Assembly (NCBI GenBank): GCA_951406725.2
Contig: OX597822.1
Coordinates: 94,178,001-94,242,000, forward strand
From: Octopus vulgaris
Lineage: Eukaryota
Reading direction: 5' to 3'
Length of the DNA: 64,000 nt
Below the pieces are notes generated by a model. That model ran no database searches. It was not told the origin of the DNA and saw only the letters and a list, made by a program, of their open reading frames with translations. Every line of letters starts with the position of its first letter. Position 1 is the first letter of the stretch. This document shows positions 51,367 to 64,000 of the stretch, in pieces. Made by a program: the position numbers and the translations under genes.

Positions 51367-52149
51367 TATATATTTGCAAGTGTGTGTGTGTGTTTGAATC
51401 ATCATCATCATCATTGTCGTTTTACATTTGCTTTCCATGCTGGCACGGGTTGGATGGTTTGACTGAGGGCTGGCAAGCCAGAATGCTGAACCAGGCTCCA
51501 ATCTGGTTTGGCAAAGTTTCTACATGTATGTTGAAAAGAAAAGGCACAGGAGTGGCTGTGTGGTAAGTAGCTTGCTAACCAACCACATGGTTCCGAGTTC
51601 AGTCCCACTGCGTGGCATCTTGAGCAAGTGTCTTCTGCTATAGCCCCGGGCCGACCAATACCTTGTGAGTGGATTTGGTAGACGGAAACTGAAAGAAGCC
51701 TGTCGTATATATGTATATATATATATATATATGTGTGTGTGTATGTGTTTGTGTGTCTGTCTTTGTCCCCCTAGTATTGCTTGACAACCAATGCTGGTGT
51801 GTTTACGTCCCCGTCACTTTGCGGTTCAGCAAAAGAGACCGATAGAATAAGTACTGGGCTTACAAAGAATAAGTCCCGGGGTCGATTTGCTCGACTAAAG
51901 GTGGTGCTCCAGCATGGCCGCAGTCAAATGACTGAAACAAGTAAAAGAGTAAAGAGTAAAGAGTATGTCGTCTTTGGAAAGATTTATTTAGATTTACTTA
52001 GATAAGTGTAGATAAATCCTTTTAAAGACACCAAGTGCATTGCAACTTCCTTTTATACCCTTTTTTCTTGTAGAGTTTTCATTTACCAGCTCCATTCACA
52101 AGGCTATGATCACTCCAAGGTGACCATCACCTAAAACAACATCTCCATG

Positions 52150-52329
52150 ACAACAGATTCTACCACCATCCTTACCACCACCACCACCACCACCACCACT
52201 GTAATCACTATAAGGATAACTGCAAACATTCTTACCAGTACCACAACTACTATCAACACAACCACCACTGTCATCACTATCACAATGACCACTATCCCCA
52301 TATCAACAATCATTACTACTACTACTACT

Positions 52330-52410
<81 letters not shown>

Positions 52411-52860
52411 GCTGCTGCTGCTGTTGCTGCTGCGACTGCTGCTACTGCTGCTACTGCCGCCGCCGCTGCCGCCACCGCCACTACCACCACCACCATTACT
52501 ACTACTACTACTACTACTAATCATTATCATTCATCTTTACCACAACAATCAATCATGATCATTGGCAGCAGCATCATCACCACAACCACCACCATTAATC
52601 ACCATCATCACTACCATCACTACCATCGCTACCATTATCACCATTACCTTCACCTCCATCATTACACCATCACCATCGCTTCCATTCACCATGATTACCA
52701 CCACCACAACCGCCACCACCACAACCTCCACCACCACAACCGCCACCACCACATTTACACCAACGACACCATCACTGGTGCCATGTGCACCACCACCACC
52801 ACAAGAACCACCATCATCACTACTACCAACCAACACTACCATGAACATTCAATCTTATTT
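52150..52860. repeat. Compound trinucleotide low-complexity tract (ACC/ACT/ACA/GCT/CAT)
   Basis: Direct reading. Confidence 0.9.
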
Positions 52861-53391
52861 CACACATTCCTTCTTTCAGTTGTATTTCATTCAGATAATT
52901 TCATTCCACCTGCTTCAACATCTCTCAAATGTTTCTCATCTGCTGTCTTTCATTACCATAGGCCATCATTCTCTGTAAGGCCCCTTTCGATGGGAACATT
53001 TTGTTATCTTGGAGAGAGATAACACCTTCTTTCAGTGAGCCATCTGCTAGGCTCTCCCTAATGAGCACCTGGCAAGAGGAATGGGGGGAACATTACATGG
53101 GAGAGCACAGCTGGTAGAGAATTGTTAAGTCTTTCACTAACCCTTTTGTTACCATATATCTTTCTTTTCTTTTATTCTATTATTCTTTTATTTGTTTCAG
53201 TCATTTGATTGCGGCCATGCTGGAGCACTGCCTTTAGTCAAGTAAATCTACTCCGGGACTTATTCTTTCTAAGCCTAGTACTTATTCTATAGGTCTCTGT
53301 TGCTGAACTGCTAAGTTACAGGGACATAAACACACCAGCATCGGTTGTCAAGCGATGTTCATGGCACAAACACTGACACACAAACATATAT

Positions 53392-53425
<34 letters not shown>

Positions 53426-53571
53426 ATATATACGACAGGCTTCTTTCAGTTTCCATCTACCAAATCCACTCACAAGGCTTTGGTCAGGCTGAGGCTATAG
53501 TAGAAGACACTGGCCCAAGATGCCATCCAGTGGGACTGAACCCGGAACCATGCGGTTTGTAAGCAAGTTAC

Positions 53572-54050
53572 TTACCACACAGCCACTCCTACGCCTATAC
53601 CACACAGCCACTCCTACGCCTATACCACGCAGCCACTCCTACGCCTATACCATACAGCCACTCCTATGCCTATACCACACAGCCACTCCTACGCCTACAC
53701 CACACAGCCACTCCTATGCCTATACCACACAGCTACTCCTATGCCTATACCATACAGCCACTCCTACGCCTATACCAGACAGCCACTCCTACGCCTATAC
53801 CACACAGTTACTCCTACACCTATACCACACAGCCACTCCTACGCCTATACCATACAGCCACTCCTACGCCTACACCACACAGCCACTCTTATGCCTATAC
53901 CACACAGCCACTCCTACAGCTACACCACACAGCCACTCTTATGCCTATACCACACAGCCACTCCTATGCCTATACCACACAGCCAGCCCTACGCCTACTC
54001 CTCACAGCCACTCCTATGCCTATACCATACAGTCACTCCTACGCCTACAT
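53572..54050. repeat. 25-bp minisatellite (~19 units) made of the SINE-B 5' end
   Basis: Unit ccacacagccactcctacgcctata = reverse complement of SINE head ggcg(c/t)aggagtggctgtgtgg plus flanking TA. Confidence 0.9.
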
Positions 54051-55259
54051 CATAGAATTCAGTAAAATGATAACGCCATATGAAGAATTTGGTAAAATAA
54101 TAATGATTCTATTCATTCTTAAAATGTTTTAATAGATTTGATCATGAATATCTGATCATTGCTGGCTGTCTTGATTGAAGAACACCTGCTCCCTGTAGAC
54201 AATGTTTGTCCATAATACACGTGATTCACCGATGTAAATGGACTTTAAAACACTGCAATATTTTGATATGTTCTTGTTTGGATTCCCACTGTTCCATGTA
54301 CCCTTTATGAATTAATAGCTGCATCAGTAAATAATTTGTTAGCTGATTCCTATAAACAAGAGTTTATACACTTGTTAGATTCATCTGTTTGTGGAATAGC
54401 TTTGACTGAAGAGACACACAATGAGGTTGAAACACTGCATTGTCTAAAGGGCAGAGGGGATCTCCAATGGTGTGAGACAACTGTGATCACATAAACATGT
54501 TCAAATCTGTGAGAACATATCAAGAATGAATAGATATACTCTTTTTACTCTTTAACTTGTTTCAATCATTTGATTGCGGCCATGCTGGAGCACCACCTTT
54601 AATCGATGAACTCGACCCCAGGACTTATTCTTTTGTAAGCCCAGTACTTATTCTATCGGTCTCTTTTGCCGAACCACTAAGTAACGGGGACATAAACACA
54701 CCAGCATTGGTTGTCAAGCAATGCTATGGGGACAAACACAGACACACAAACACACACACGCATATATATATATATATACATATATACGACGGGCTTCATT
54801 CAGTTTCCATCTACCAAATCCACTCACAAGGCTTTGGTCGGCCCGAGGCTATAGTAGAAGACACTTGCCCAAGATGCCACGCAGTGGGACTGAACCCGGA
54901 ACCGTGTGGTTGGTATACAAGCTACTTACCACACAGCCACTCCTGCGCCTATAATAATATGATATTATTTTATGGAATTCTTCGTAAATACTGAGCACTG
55001 TATACAGTTAGAACATTGGACAAAATGCCATGCGGTACTTTTGGTTCACTACATTCTGAGTTCAAATATCACCACATTCAATTCGCATTTCATCCATTCA
55101 AGGTTGATAAAATAAGTACCAGTCATGTACTGGGATTGATGTAATCAACATACCTTAACCCCTCAAAATTACTGGCTTTGTGCCCAAATTTGAAACAATT
55201 ATCATTATCATTATTATTATTATGATAGGGCATACAATTTTAGTTTACAGGTATTCTAT

Positions 55260-56570
55260 CATAATGTCTGATTACAACAAGTCTCCTCAAATCTCAAGAA
55301 ACTTTCTAAAGAAGATTCTTGCAGAGTATTGGATGACACTTTTCAGTGGGTTGACCATGTGAGTTTCTGTTCCAATTTCTTTCAGTCTTTTTAGGTAGCA
55401 TTTTGGGCTTTGTGCCAAGTGTACCAATTACTATTAGAGTAATTGTTGTCATGGTCTTCCATAGTCTCCTCAGCACTCTGGCTAGATCCTGATATTTCCC
55501 AATTTTTTCAATTTCTTTGGTATCGATTCTACTATCACAGGAAATTGCAAAATCAATGATCATACACTGTTTGTTTATTTTGTCCTCTATAATCATGTCT
55601 GGTATTTTTTCCTCAGTAGTATGGTCGGTCTTTATGGGAATCTAGTGATTCGCATTTTCTATTAGAGCTGCTGATTCATGTCTATGCCAATTTTCTGTTG
55701 CTTTGAAGTCACATACTCAGTTAACATCCCAATGCATTCTTTTGTTTTCACAGTCATGTCTGCACTTATACTCCTTTTGTGCTAGCGTACTGCACTCAAT
55801 CAAAAATGTGATTGATACTCTCATTTCATTTCATGCCAATTCTACATTTGCTATCTGACTGAGTTTTGTCAATCTTTGCCTTTATCAGACTTCTAGAGGC
55901 TTGCTCCTGAGCAGCTATAATTAGCATTTCTGTTTCTTGGTTTAAGTTCCCATCCATCAACCAAAGCCAACGATCTTAGTTTGTTGTATGCATTTGCCAT
56001 GTAATTCCATTTTTGCCATTTGTTTATTCTGTTGTTCTGCCTTTTCTCTTTGAATTCTCTTACTGTTTCAATAATTTTTTTTGGGTATCTCTGGCTGCTG
56101 AAAGTATTCTTTCTTTACTTTGCACAACATAATTTTTCAGACCCAGTATCACAGTACCAAGAATGTCTTCTGTGTTCAGTAATCCTCTACCACCTTCTCT
56201 TCTTGGCAAATAGAGTCAGTTGGTATTACTTTTAAGATGGTAAGCATTGTGCAGTGTTTGCAGCTTTCTGGTTCTTCTATCCATATTTTGCTGCTCAATC
56301 TTTGTCCATTTCAGAAAAGGAGCAGAGGTTCTCACTACTGGCTTTAATGAGGTTCCTGCCATTTGACTTTTCTTAATTCTACTCTTGTACTCGTTGGTGA
56401 CATTCTCCCTCATTTCTCCATTGCAGCACTCCCAGGTATTTGCATTCCTCATTATTCTCCAGCCATCCGATTACATTGTCTTGTAGTAATTTTATGCCAT
56501 CAGACTTTATCTTCCAGACTCACTTCATAATTAGTACCATGCACTTATCTACCTCAAATTGCATTATTAT
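55260..56570 (-). mobile_element. Decayed R4/Dong-like non-LTR retrotransposon (restriction-like endonuclease C-terminus)
   Basis: PD-(D/E)xK region (PD)MIIEDK..KQCMIIDFAI..D....KEIEKIGKYQDL...L.RLW...IVIGTLG; upstream zinc-knuckle remnant (LAQKEYKCRHD) and MDRRTRKL. Confidence 0.75.
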
Positions 56571-56869
56571 TTGAGCTGGCAGTGTCATTAGTGTGCTGGG
56601 CGAAATGCTTAGCAGTATTTCACATTTTATGTTTGACTTTTGCTTTACATTTGTACAAGTTGGTCCCAAGTCTCACCCAGAGACCTCAAGAGACAACATG
56701 TTGGAAGTTCCTGTTGGTGTTATGCCTAGGGTGCCATATAATTGGTTTTGTACATAGTGTTGTTCTAGAGAATGCTTAAGAAACCATAATAAAATTATGT
56801 TTGTGTTAAAACTTGAGATTACATAGAAAGTATTTTGTGTAGGATATGAGCAGTTCCCATGAGCACTAT

Positions 56870-56885
56870 CTTTTATTATTATTGC

Positions 56886-56933
<48 letters not shown>

Positions 56934-56944
56934 CATCGTCATCG

Positions 56945-56975
<31 letters not shown>

Positions 56976-57016
56976 TATACTTATTATTATTATTATTATT
57001 ATTATCATTATTATTA

Positions 57017-57101
<85 letters not shown>

Positions 57102-57205
57102 CATCATCATCATCATCATTATACTTATTATTATTATTATTATCATCATCATCATCATCATCATTATACTTATTATTATCATCATCATCATCATCATCAT
57201 CATAC

Positions 57206-57275
<70 letters not shown>

Positions 57276-57277
57276 AC

Positions 57278-57370
<93 letters not shown>

Positions 57371-57374
57371 CATT

Positions 57375-57427
<53 letters not shown>

Positions 57428-57435
57428 TATTATTA
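56870..57435. repeat. (TAT)n/(CAT)n microsatellite
   Basis: Direct reading. Confidence 0.95.
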
Positions 57436-57826
57436 AGGTGGCGAGCTGGCAGAATCATTACCACATTGGGCAAAATGTTTTGCAGTATTTTGTCAGTTTT
57501 TATTAATAATTACAACTTCCACTTCATGTCCTTTCAGGAAAGATAAAATAAGCACCATCTGAGCACCGGGTTTGATGTAATCAAATAACTCTCTTCTCTA
57601 AAATTTACAGGCAGTGTACAAAAAATTTGAAACCATTATTATCATTATAGTTTATGTTTTCTTTTAATGACATTGTCAGTTAAGTAATTATTGCGAGTTA
57701 AAGAATAAATATTTAGAACTAAAGATTATCTGTATCCATGCTGTATGCTTATTTGTTGAAAAAATTTACATTATAGATACATACATACACACACATACAG
57801 CATACATACACAAATACATAATGCAT

Positions 57827-57879
<53 letters not shown>

Positions 57880-58164
57880 CACATACGTATACATTCATAT
57901 ATATTTCTTTACTGCCCACAAAGGGCTAAACAAGGACAGACAAACGGATTAAGTTGATTACATCGACTCCAGTGCGTAACTGGTACTTAATTTATCGACC
58001 CCGAAGAACCCAGAACGTAATGGCAGACGAAATACGGCTACGCATTTCACCCGGCGTGCTAACGTTTCTGCCAGCTTGCCGCCCTATACACACACACACA
58101 CACACACGCATGTATGTATATATATGTATTTATATATGTGTGCATATATATATATATATATATA

Positions 58165-59005
58165 AATATGTAAAGTTAGATAAGGCTGGTTTCACCATGG
58201 GTTTCACTCCATAACGCGTTTAACTTTAGTGATTCATCAGATCCCAAAACCTGTTGGCTTAAGGCCTCACTAGCGAGTGGCCTCTCTAGAATATGGAGGA
58301 GGAAAGGACCTCACTATTCAAAGACAACAACAGGGTTGTTTCCTTTTGGTTATCGATTGTCAGAGACCCTCGGCAGTGACGGCACCAACAGTAGTACCAA
58401 CAACAGCAGTTGCAGCAACGCTAAAACCAACAGACACAGCACCGCCAACACCCGACTACGGAGATATATATCAGCCGCTCTGGGAACACGTTCAAACAAT
58501 GCCTCTACAACCACAGATCCTCCTTCAGAATGCCGGATAGGAGATACGTTACGTCATTATAGCCATCCATGTAGGGCAGCTGGAAATCGACGGAATTCTA
58601 TACACAATATCATGGAGAATCCTAGAAAATCCAGGCCCCTACATGGGATCATGCACTGTAAATTATGCACAGTGGAATGGGCGAGGATTCTAAAGGACTC
58701 CCTCAACCCGGGGAACATCTTTAACTCCTGAACGGAGGTCTTCGGACAGTGCTTGCCTTTCAGAAAATACCTGCTGGCCTATTGGAACCCACAGGATAAC
58801 AGTGCCACTGGCGATCGATAGCCGAAGGGAGACAATCCCTTGTTGTTTTCTTTGAGTAGCGAGGTCCTTTCCTCCTCCATATTTTAGAGAGGCCTTAAGC
58901 CAACAGGTTTTGGGATCTGATGATACACCATAAAGCTACCCGCTTTATGGATGTGAAACCCAGGGTAAACCCACATACTGGCCTTATCTAACTTTATTCA
59001 TATAT
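58165..59005. mobile_element. Element with ~170-bp imperfect terminal inverted repeats, each containing a hammerhead-like motif
   Basis: 58165-58335 is approximately the reverse complement of 58835-59005; TA-microsatellite flanks. Confidence 0.65.
58911..58973 (+). ncRNA. Type I hammerhead ribozyme motif
   Basis: tgggat-CTGATGA-stem II (ccataaagc/gctttatgg)-GAAA-cccaggg-TA-aaccca; NUH = GUA; one mismatch in stem I. Confidence 0.7.
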
Positions 59006-59267
59006 ACTGCTTTATAACTTAGAGTGTGCTTCTTTTTCAGATTTATGCTTTACCAACGATATATATATATATATATATATATTATCAATATAATGAATCT
59101 ATATTTTGATCTCATTTACTAAACAGTCAGTTAGTTTATTCCTTATCACATAACTAATTGGTCAAACAATTGGCCCTGCTATATTATATACAAGATGATT
59201 TATAGTTTATTTTATTTTATGATAATAAATAAATAAATGATTAAACAAATAAATGATAATAATAATA

Positions 59268-59302
<35 letters not shown>

Positions 59303-60345
59303 AATAAATGAACCAGCAACAAGCTCACCCACCCAAAACAAAAAAAAAAACCCCGCATCAGCAGCAGCAGCAGCAGCAACAACAACATCAATAACAGCAA
59401 TACAACAATAAAAAGGAAATAAAAAGCGATTAGTTGATCCTTCCAAATCATTTTTGAGCCAGAAGTTGTCAACAATCAATAATGCCGCACAGTCCAAAAT
59501 TCAGTAAATATACAAGTTTGAATATTAACAAACGAGCTGCTGGGATAATAGATAAAGCTTGACCCTGATTGGTATGAATCAACACTAGTTCGCTGATGGT
59601 AGAGAAGGCCTTAAGCAAATGTTTTGTAATTCTTTATTTTCAACACCGATTGCATTAGATTCATTTTTCTTCTTTATTCCATGTTCACGTGATCATGTGA
59701 CCGACCAGACCATCAGATGTTGTTACACATCGCTGGTCACAATGCGTTCACATTGTTTTAGTCCTTGAATGACGCCACCCCGCTGGCTAAGCGAGCAGGC
59801 CAACAGAAGAAAGAGTGGGAGAAAGAGAACAGCAGGGATCACCACCCCCTGCCGGAGCGTCGTAGAGCTTTTAGGTGTTTTTGCTCAATAAACACTCACA
59901 ACACCCGGTCTGGGAATCGAAACCACAATCCTACAACCGCGAGTCCGCTGCCCTAACCACTGGGCCATTGCGCCTCCACTTATTCCATGTTAATATAGTG
60001 AATTGGTAGAGTGATTATAGCATTGATAGGATGCTTTGCATTCTGAGTTCGAATCCCACTGAGGTCAAGCCAGCCTGTAATCTTTTTGGAGTTGATATAT
60101 AGGGTGCCAGTCCAATACTAAGTAAGTCTTCTTTTCTCTGTCTTTCTCCCAGGAAGAAATCACAGATGTGTATGCATGTACAAACTTACGTGTATGATTT
60201 GTATGTATGTGTATGCATATTTATAAGAATGTATATACAAATACATACATACATACATACATACATACATACATACATACATACATACATACATACATAC
60301 ATGCATACATACATACATACATGCATGCATACATACATACATACA

Positions 60346-60379
<34 letters not shown>

Positions 60380-60396
60380 CATACATACATATATAT

Positions 60397-60452
<56 letters not shown>

Positions 60453-60898
60453 ACCACCACATGGATTCTGTTGAGACCAGTAAGAAACAATTATGAACTT
60501 TTTTATTACATTTAACTTTTTACAATATTTTTGATAAGGTTCGTTTTTTTCAAGAAGAACCGAAACATGTAAAATTTCTAAGAAAATTAAAATTTATCTT
60601 ATATAGTGGCGTTTTCAAACTTCTTTTTTATAAATATTTATATATTATATAAATTTATATAAATAAGGATAAGATCGTTAATTTAAAATAAAATAACGAA
60701 TTTATCAAGTGGTCAGCATGGAAAAAATAACCTTCAAAGGTAATAATTATTAAAATTATAAATTAGGGTATCTACGAGATACCACCATGCTGAAAATAGC
60801 AGCCATGAACTGACTCTAAGACCACCTTAAGTTTTCATATAGTAACACGGAGAAAAGACAAAGAGACAAGATGAAACTAGTAAAAAAATGACTGGATA

Positions 60899-60957
60899 AT
60901 TCTAGATCCCAGATTTCTGACTTTGCATTTAGAAATGCTTTGCCTCGTCAGTAGAAT
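60899..60957 (-). ncRNA. Type I hammerhead ribozyme motif
   Basis: Minus strand attcta-CTGACGA-ggc...gcatttctaaatgc...gtca-GAAA-tctggga-TC-tagaat; 6-bp stem I; NUH = AUC; imperfect closing pair of stem II. Confidence 0.65.
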
Positions 60958-61284
60958 ACACCCAGAAAGAAACATAAATACATAGATATATATATAAATA
61001 CAACATACGAATACTTACATATACGAATGTACACATACATATATATGCACGTATGCATCAAGGCTAGTTCAAAATACCTGCTAATTCCATGTGCTATATG
61101 GTAAAATATCACCGCAGTAAATACAGTGACGAAATAAATTTAAATTTATATAAATAAGGATAAGATCGTTAATTTAAAATAAGCATTGAATTAGCGGGCA
61201 TTTTGAACTCGCCTTGAAGCATACGTGCATATATATGTATGTGTACATTCGTATATGTAAGTATTCGTATGTTGTATTTATATA

Positions 61285-61321
<37 letters not shown>

Positions 61322-61362
61322 TTATGTTTCTTTCTGAGTGTATATATCAATATATATCAATA

Positions 61363-61692
61363 TACAGGGTGCGGTGAATAAACTGCCGTATAAATTAAGC
61401 AAAAGTGAAAATAACATTGACATCTCATTTTAAAAGATATATTTACCAATATCACATAAAAATATTTTGAAATACTAAAGAGTAAATATATTCAATAAAA
61501 TCGCCATTGGCTTCAATCACGGTCTCCATGCTGCTATAACCCTTGCCTTCAGTTCATCTTTGGTGTTACATGGAATTTTGTTGTTCTCTCGCTCAACTGC
61601 ACCCAACATATATTAATCAAAGGGGTTGTTAAGTGGCCAGATGTTAGGGGTTATGTGGTCGCAGAAATTATATGACAGCCACGACTGGGTCA
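61363..61692 (-). mobile_element. Tc1-like transposon 3' end, truncated by the Penelope-like element
   Basis: TA|CAGGGTG terminus; minus-strand remnant IWP..NPFD (WP..SPDLNP.D motif). Confidence 0.55.
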
Positions 61693-62950
61693 TCCTGCTT
61701 GTGCGACTTCCATCCATCTATATCTGTTAAAGGCACTGGACTTCGCTAGGGCCCATACTGAAGTCAACGACGAGGACATACGCATTATTATGCACGCCAG
61801 AAGAACCCTACTCTTCAGTAAGGGGTCCACTTCGACCAAACGACCTGACGCAGAGGACTCCTTCGACGTGGAAATTGGTGCTTCTGGAAATGCGGACGTA
61901 TGCGACCTAGTCGGTCTCTTCATCCTAGACATACTAAAAGAGAAATTTCCTTCAACTAGCTTTGGCGTATACAGGGACGACACGCTGGCAATATCAAGAA
62001 GGGCTAACAGCCATACGCTAGACAGGTTCAGAAAGGACCTCACAAGCACCATGAACTCACTATAGAAACCGACCTGAAAACGGTAGATTTCCTTGATGTG
62101 ACCCTGGACCTGGAATCAGCTGCCTATAAGCCCTTTAGGAAACCAAATATGAAGTTGTCATACATTAACACAGGTTCCTGCCATCCAGCCACAGTGTTCA
62201 GGAATCTGGTTAAGGGCGTCAGCAGGAGAATCTCCAGCTTGTCTTCAAGCAAAGAGAACTTTGATGCTGCCACCTCGTACTACAACTCGACTCTGGCTGC
62301 CAGCAGTTTCAAAGATTGTATTAGTTACATGCCAGACCCTAGCCCCACCAAAAGCAAGCGCCACCGGAAAGTACTGTGGTTTACACTGCAATTTTCTTTA
62401 AACGTTAGGACCAGAGTAGGTAAGATCTTCCTTAGTTTAGTTGATAGACAATTCCACCGTACCAATAGATTCAACAAAATATTTAATAGACATAAGCTGA
62501 AATTATCCTTTAGCTGTGCACGTAGTGTAAAAAAGATTTTAGTCGGTAGTCCCAGACTCGAGACTGAGGCAGGGTGCTCATGCAGAGGTAACACAACTTG
62601 TCCACTAAGTGGCCACGACAATACGGATATAGTTGTTTACGAGATAGAAGTAACGACAACAGGACCCAATAGACAATAGACAACCGAGCGTGCGGACAAC
62701 CAATAGACAACCGAGCGTGCGGACAACCAATAGACAACCGAACGCGTGGAAATATGTGGAGGCAGCGGAAGGCTCCTTCAGAACACGTTTTAATAACCAT
62801 AAGTTCTCATTCAAAATCCCAGAGAGACGTAACGCCACAACCCTAGCCAAGCATGTCTGGGTTTTGAAAGAAAGCGGCACGGAGTACAGCATAAAGTGGA
62901 AGATCCTAGAAAGATGCAGAAGACCAGATTGGGTTGTTAAACTAAATCAC
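61693..62950 (+). mobile_element. Penelope-like element (Neptune-type) RT + GIY-YIG endonuclease, decayed
   Basis: RT motifs GA....VCDLVGLFIL, GVYRDDTL, FLDVTLDL, YKPFRKPN...S.HP; Cys linker CSCRGNTTCPLSG; GIY-YIG-like VVYEIEV...YV..AEGSFRTRFNNHK.SF...TTLAKHVW.LK; a 27-bp triplication at ~62675-62750 breaks the frame. Confidence 0.85.
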
Positions 62951-62993
62951 TAAGCGTGATTATTGAAAGTTTTTAGAATTTTGTAGTTTCAAT

Positions 62994-63410
62994 GGAGCTT
63001 TTCGGTTTGAACGGCAGTTTTTTCTAGCGGTGTCATATGAAATTGTCACCCATAATTATGACCCTAGTATCGATCTATTGCATTTCAATCTATTTTAGGG
63101 TTAGGGTTAGGGGTGGGGGAAGGGTATCTTTTTTTCTTCACAAATGTAAATAAACCCAATCTGTTTCTTAAACGAGGGACATATTCATACGGCACAGAAT
63201 GCTTTTTAACTCAATAGACGTCATTGATTAGTTGAAATTGCAGAAATTGAAGAAAAACAACAACAAATATCTTACAAACTATAGAATTTTCTCAATAAAG
63301 CCAAGAGTAAAAGATGTTTTATAAACACATTCTACCAGTATACGAAGTTTAAAATGTTTTAGTTACCTAGAAATTATTTTTAAAAACTGTCGTTCAAACC
63401 GAAAAGTTCC
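62994..63410. mobile_element. Merlin-like MITE (family M)
   Basis: GG...CC TIRs; perfect 8-bp TSD GTTTCAAT (62986-62993 / 63411-63418). Confidence 0.9.
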
Positions 63411-64000
63411 GTTTCAATTTATTTTCACTTTATTCTGTTTGTTTAATAAATTTTCATCTGTTAGTAATATTCCCTGATCTTTACGAGTGCATAATCTATA
63501 TCGTTGTCTACCCCACCAGGAAGGCTTAGTCGATTACAGAATAATCATTCTAGTTTAAATTGGATGGCCTCTGGTTTCAAATTCCATACAGACATTAATT
63601 TCGGGTTATAAAAAAAATTATATACGGTATACATATTAAAAGAAATCTATTTGTAGAGTGACCTCTAGCTGGCACTCTCTCGGCTATGACGACAGGGACC
63701 CAGTTGGCTCGATCAATGGAACAGCCTGATCGTGAAATTAACGTGCAGATAGTTGAAAACTCCTCAAACATGCCTACCCTTAAAGTAGTTCTCAGGGAGA
63801 TTCAGCGTGACACAGAATGTGACAAGGCTGATTGGACTGGAGCAACGTGAAATAAAGTGTCTCACGGACACAACACACCGCCAGGAATTGAACTCACAAC
63901 CTTAAACCACGAGTTGAATGCCCTAACCACATAAGCCACGCACCTTCACTCAGAGGGACCGATATAATACTGTTTCCAGGTTTTACAACTACACACTACT

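Noticed and set aside
52147-53022. 291-aa Thr/His-rich mucin-like ORF
   Set aside because: Compound trinucleotide repeats open in several frames and strands; no signal peptide or splice evidence

Overview
AT-rich, repeat-dense eukaryotic DNA. The tRNA-derived SINE families, (TA)n/(TAT)n/(CATA)n microsatellites and TE mix are typical of an Octopus-like coleoid cephalopod (inferred from repeat style). I can support one host-like gene: a two-exon Myb/SANT-like DNA-binding protein (8329-9158 + 11780-12104, 384 aa, phase-2 GT-AG intron). The rest is SINEs, MITEs (piggyBac-, Merlin-, mariner-type), decayed LINEs (RTE, CR1, R4/Dong), mariner/Tigger/Tc1 remnants, a Penelope-like element, several minimal hammerhead-ribozyme motifs and a 3.4 kb 54-bp satellite grown from inside a MITE. 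The standout is 29459-36573: four head-to-tail ~1.78 kb minus-strand units, each encoding only a Tx1/L1-type ORF1 (RRM-like + CCHC knuckle) with no RT. The units end in the same 3' tail as the dominant local SINE. They are separated by short variable junctions (TTTC-NNN-CASGTG) and sit inside a decayed, diverged relative of their own ORF1 gene. All calls are by eye; no database searches were run.
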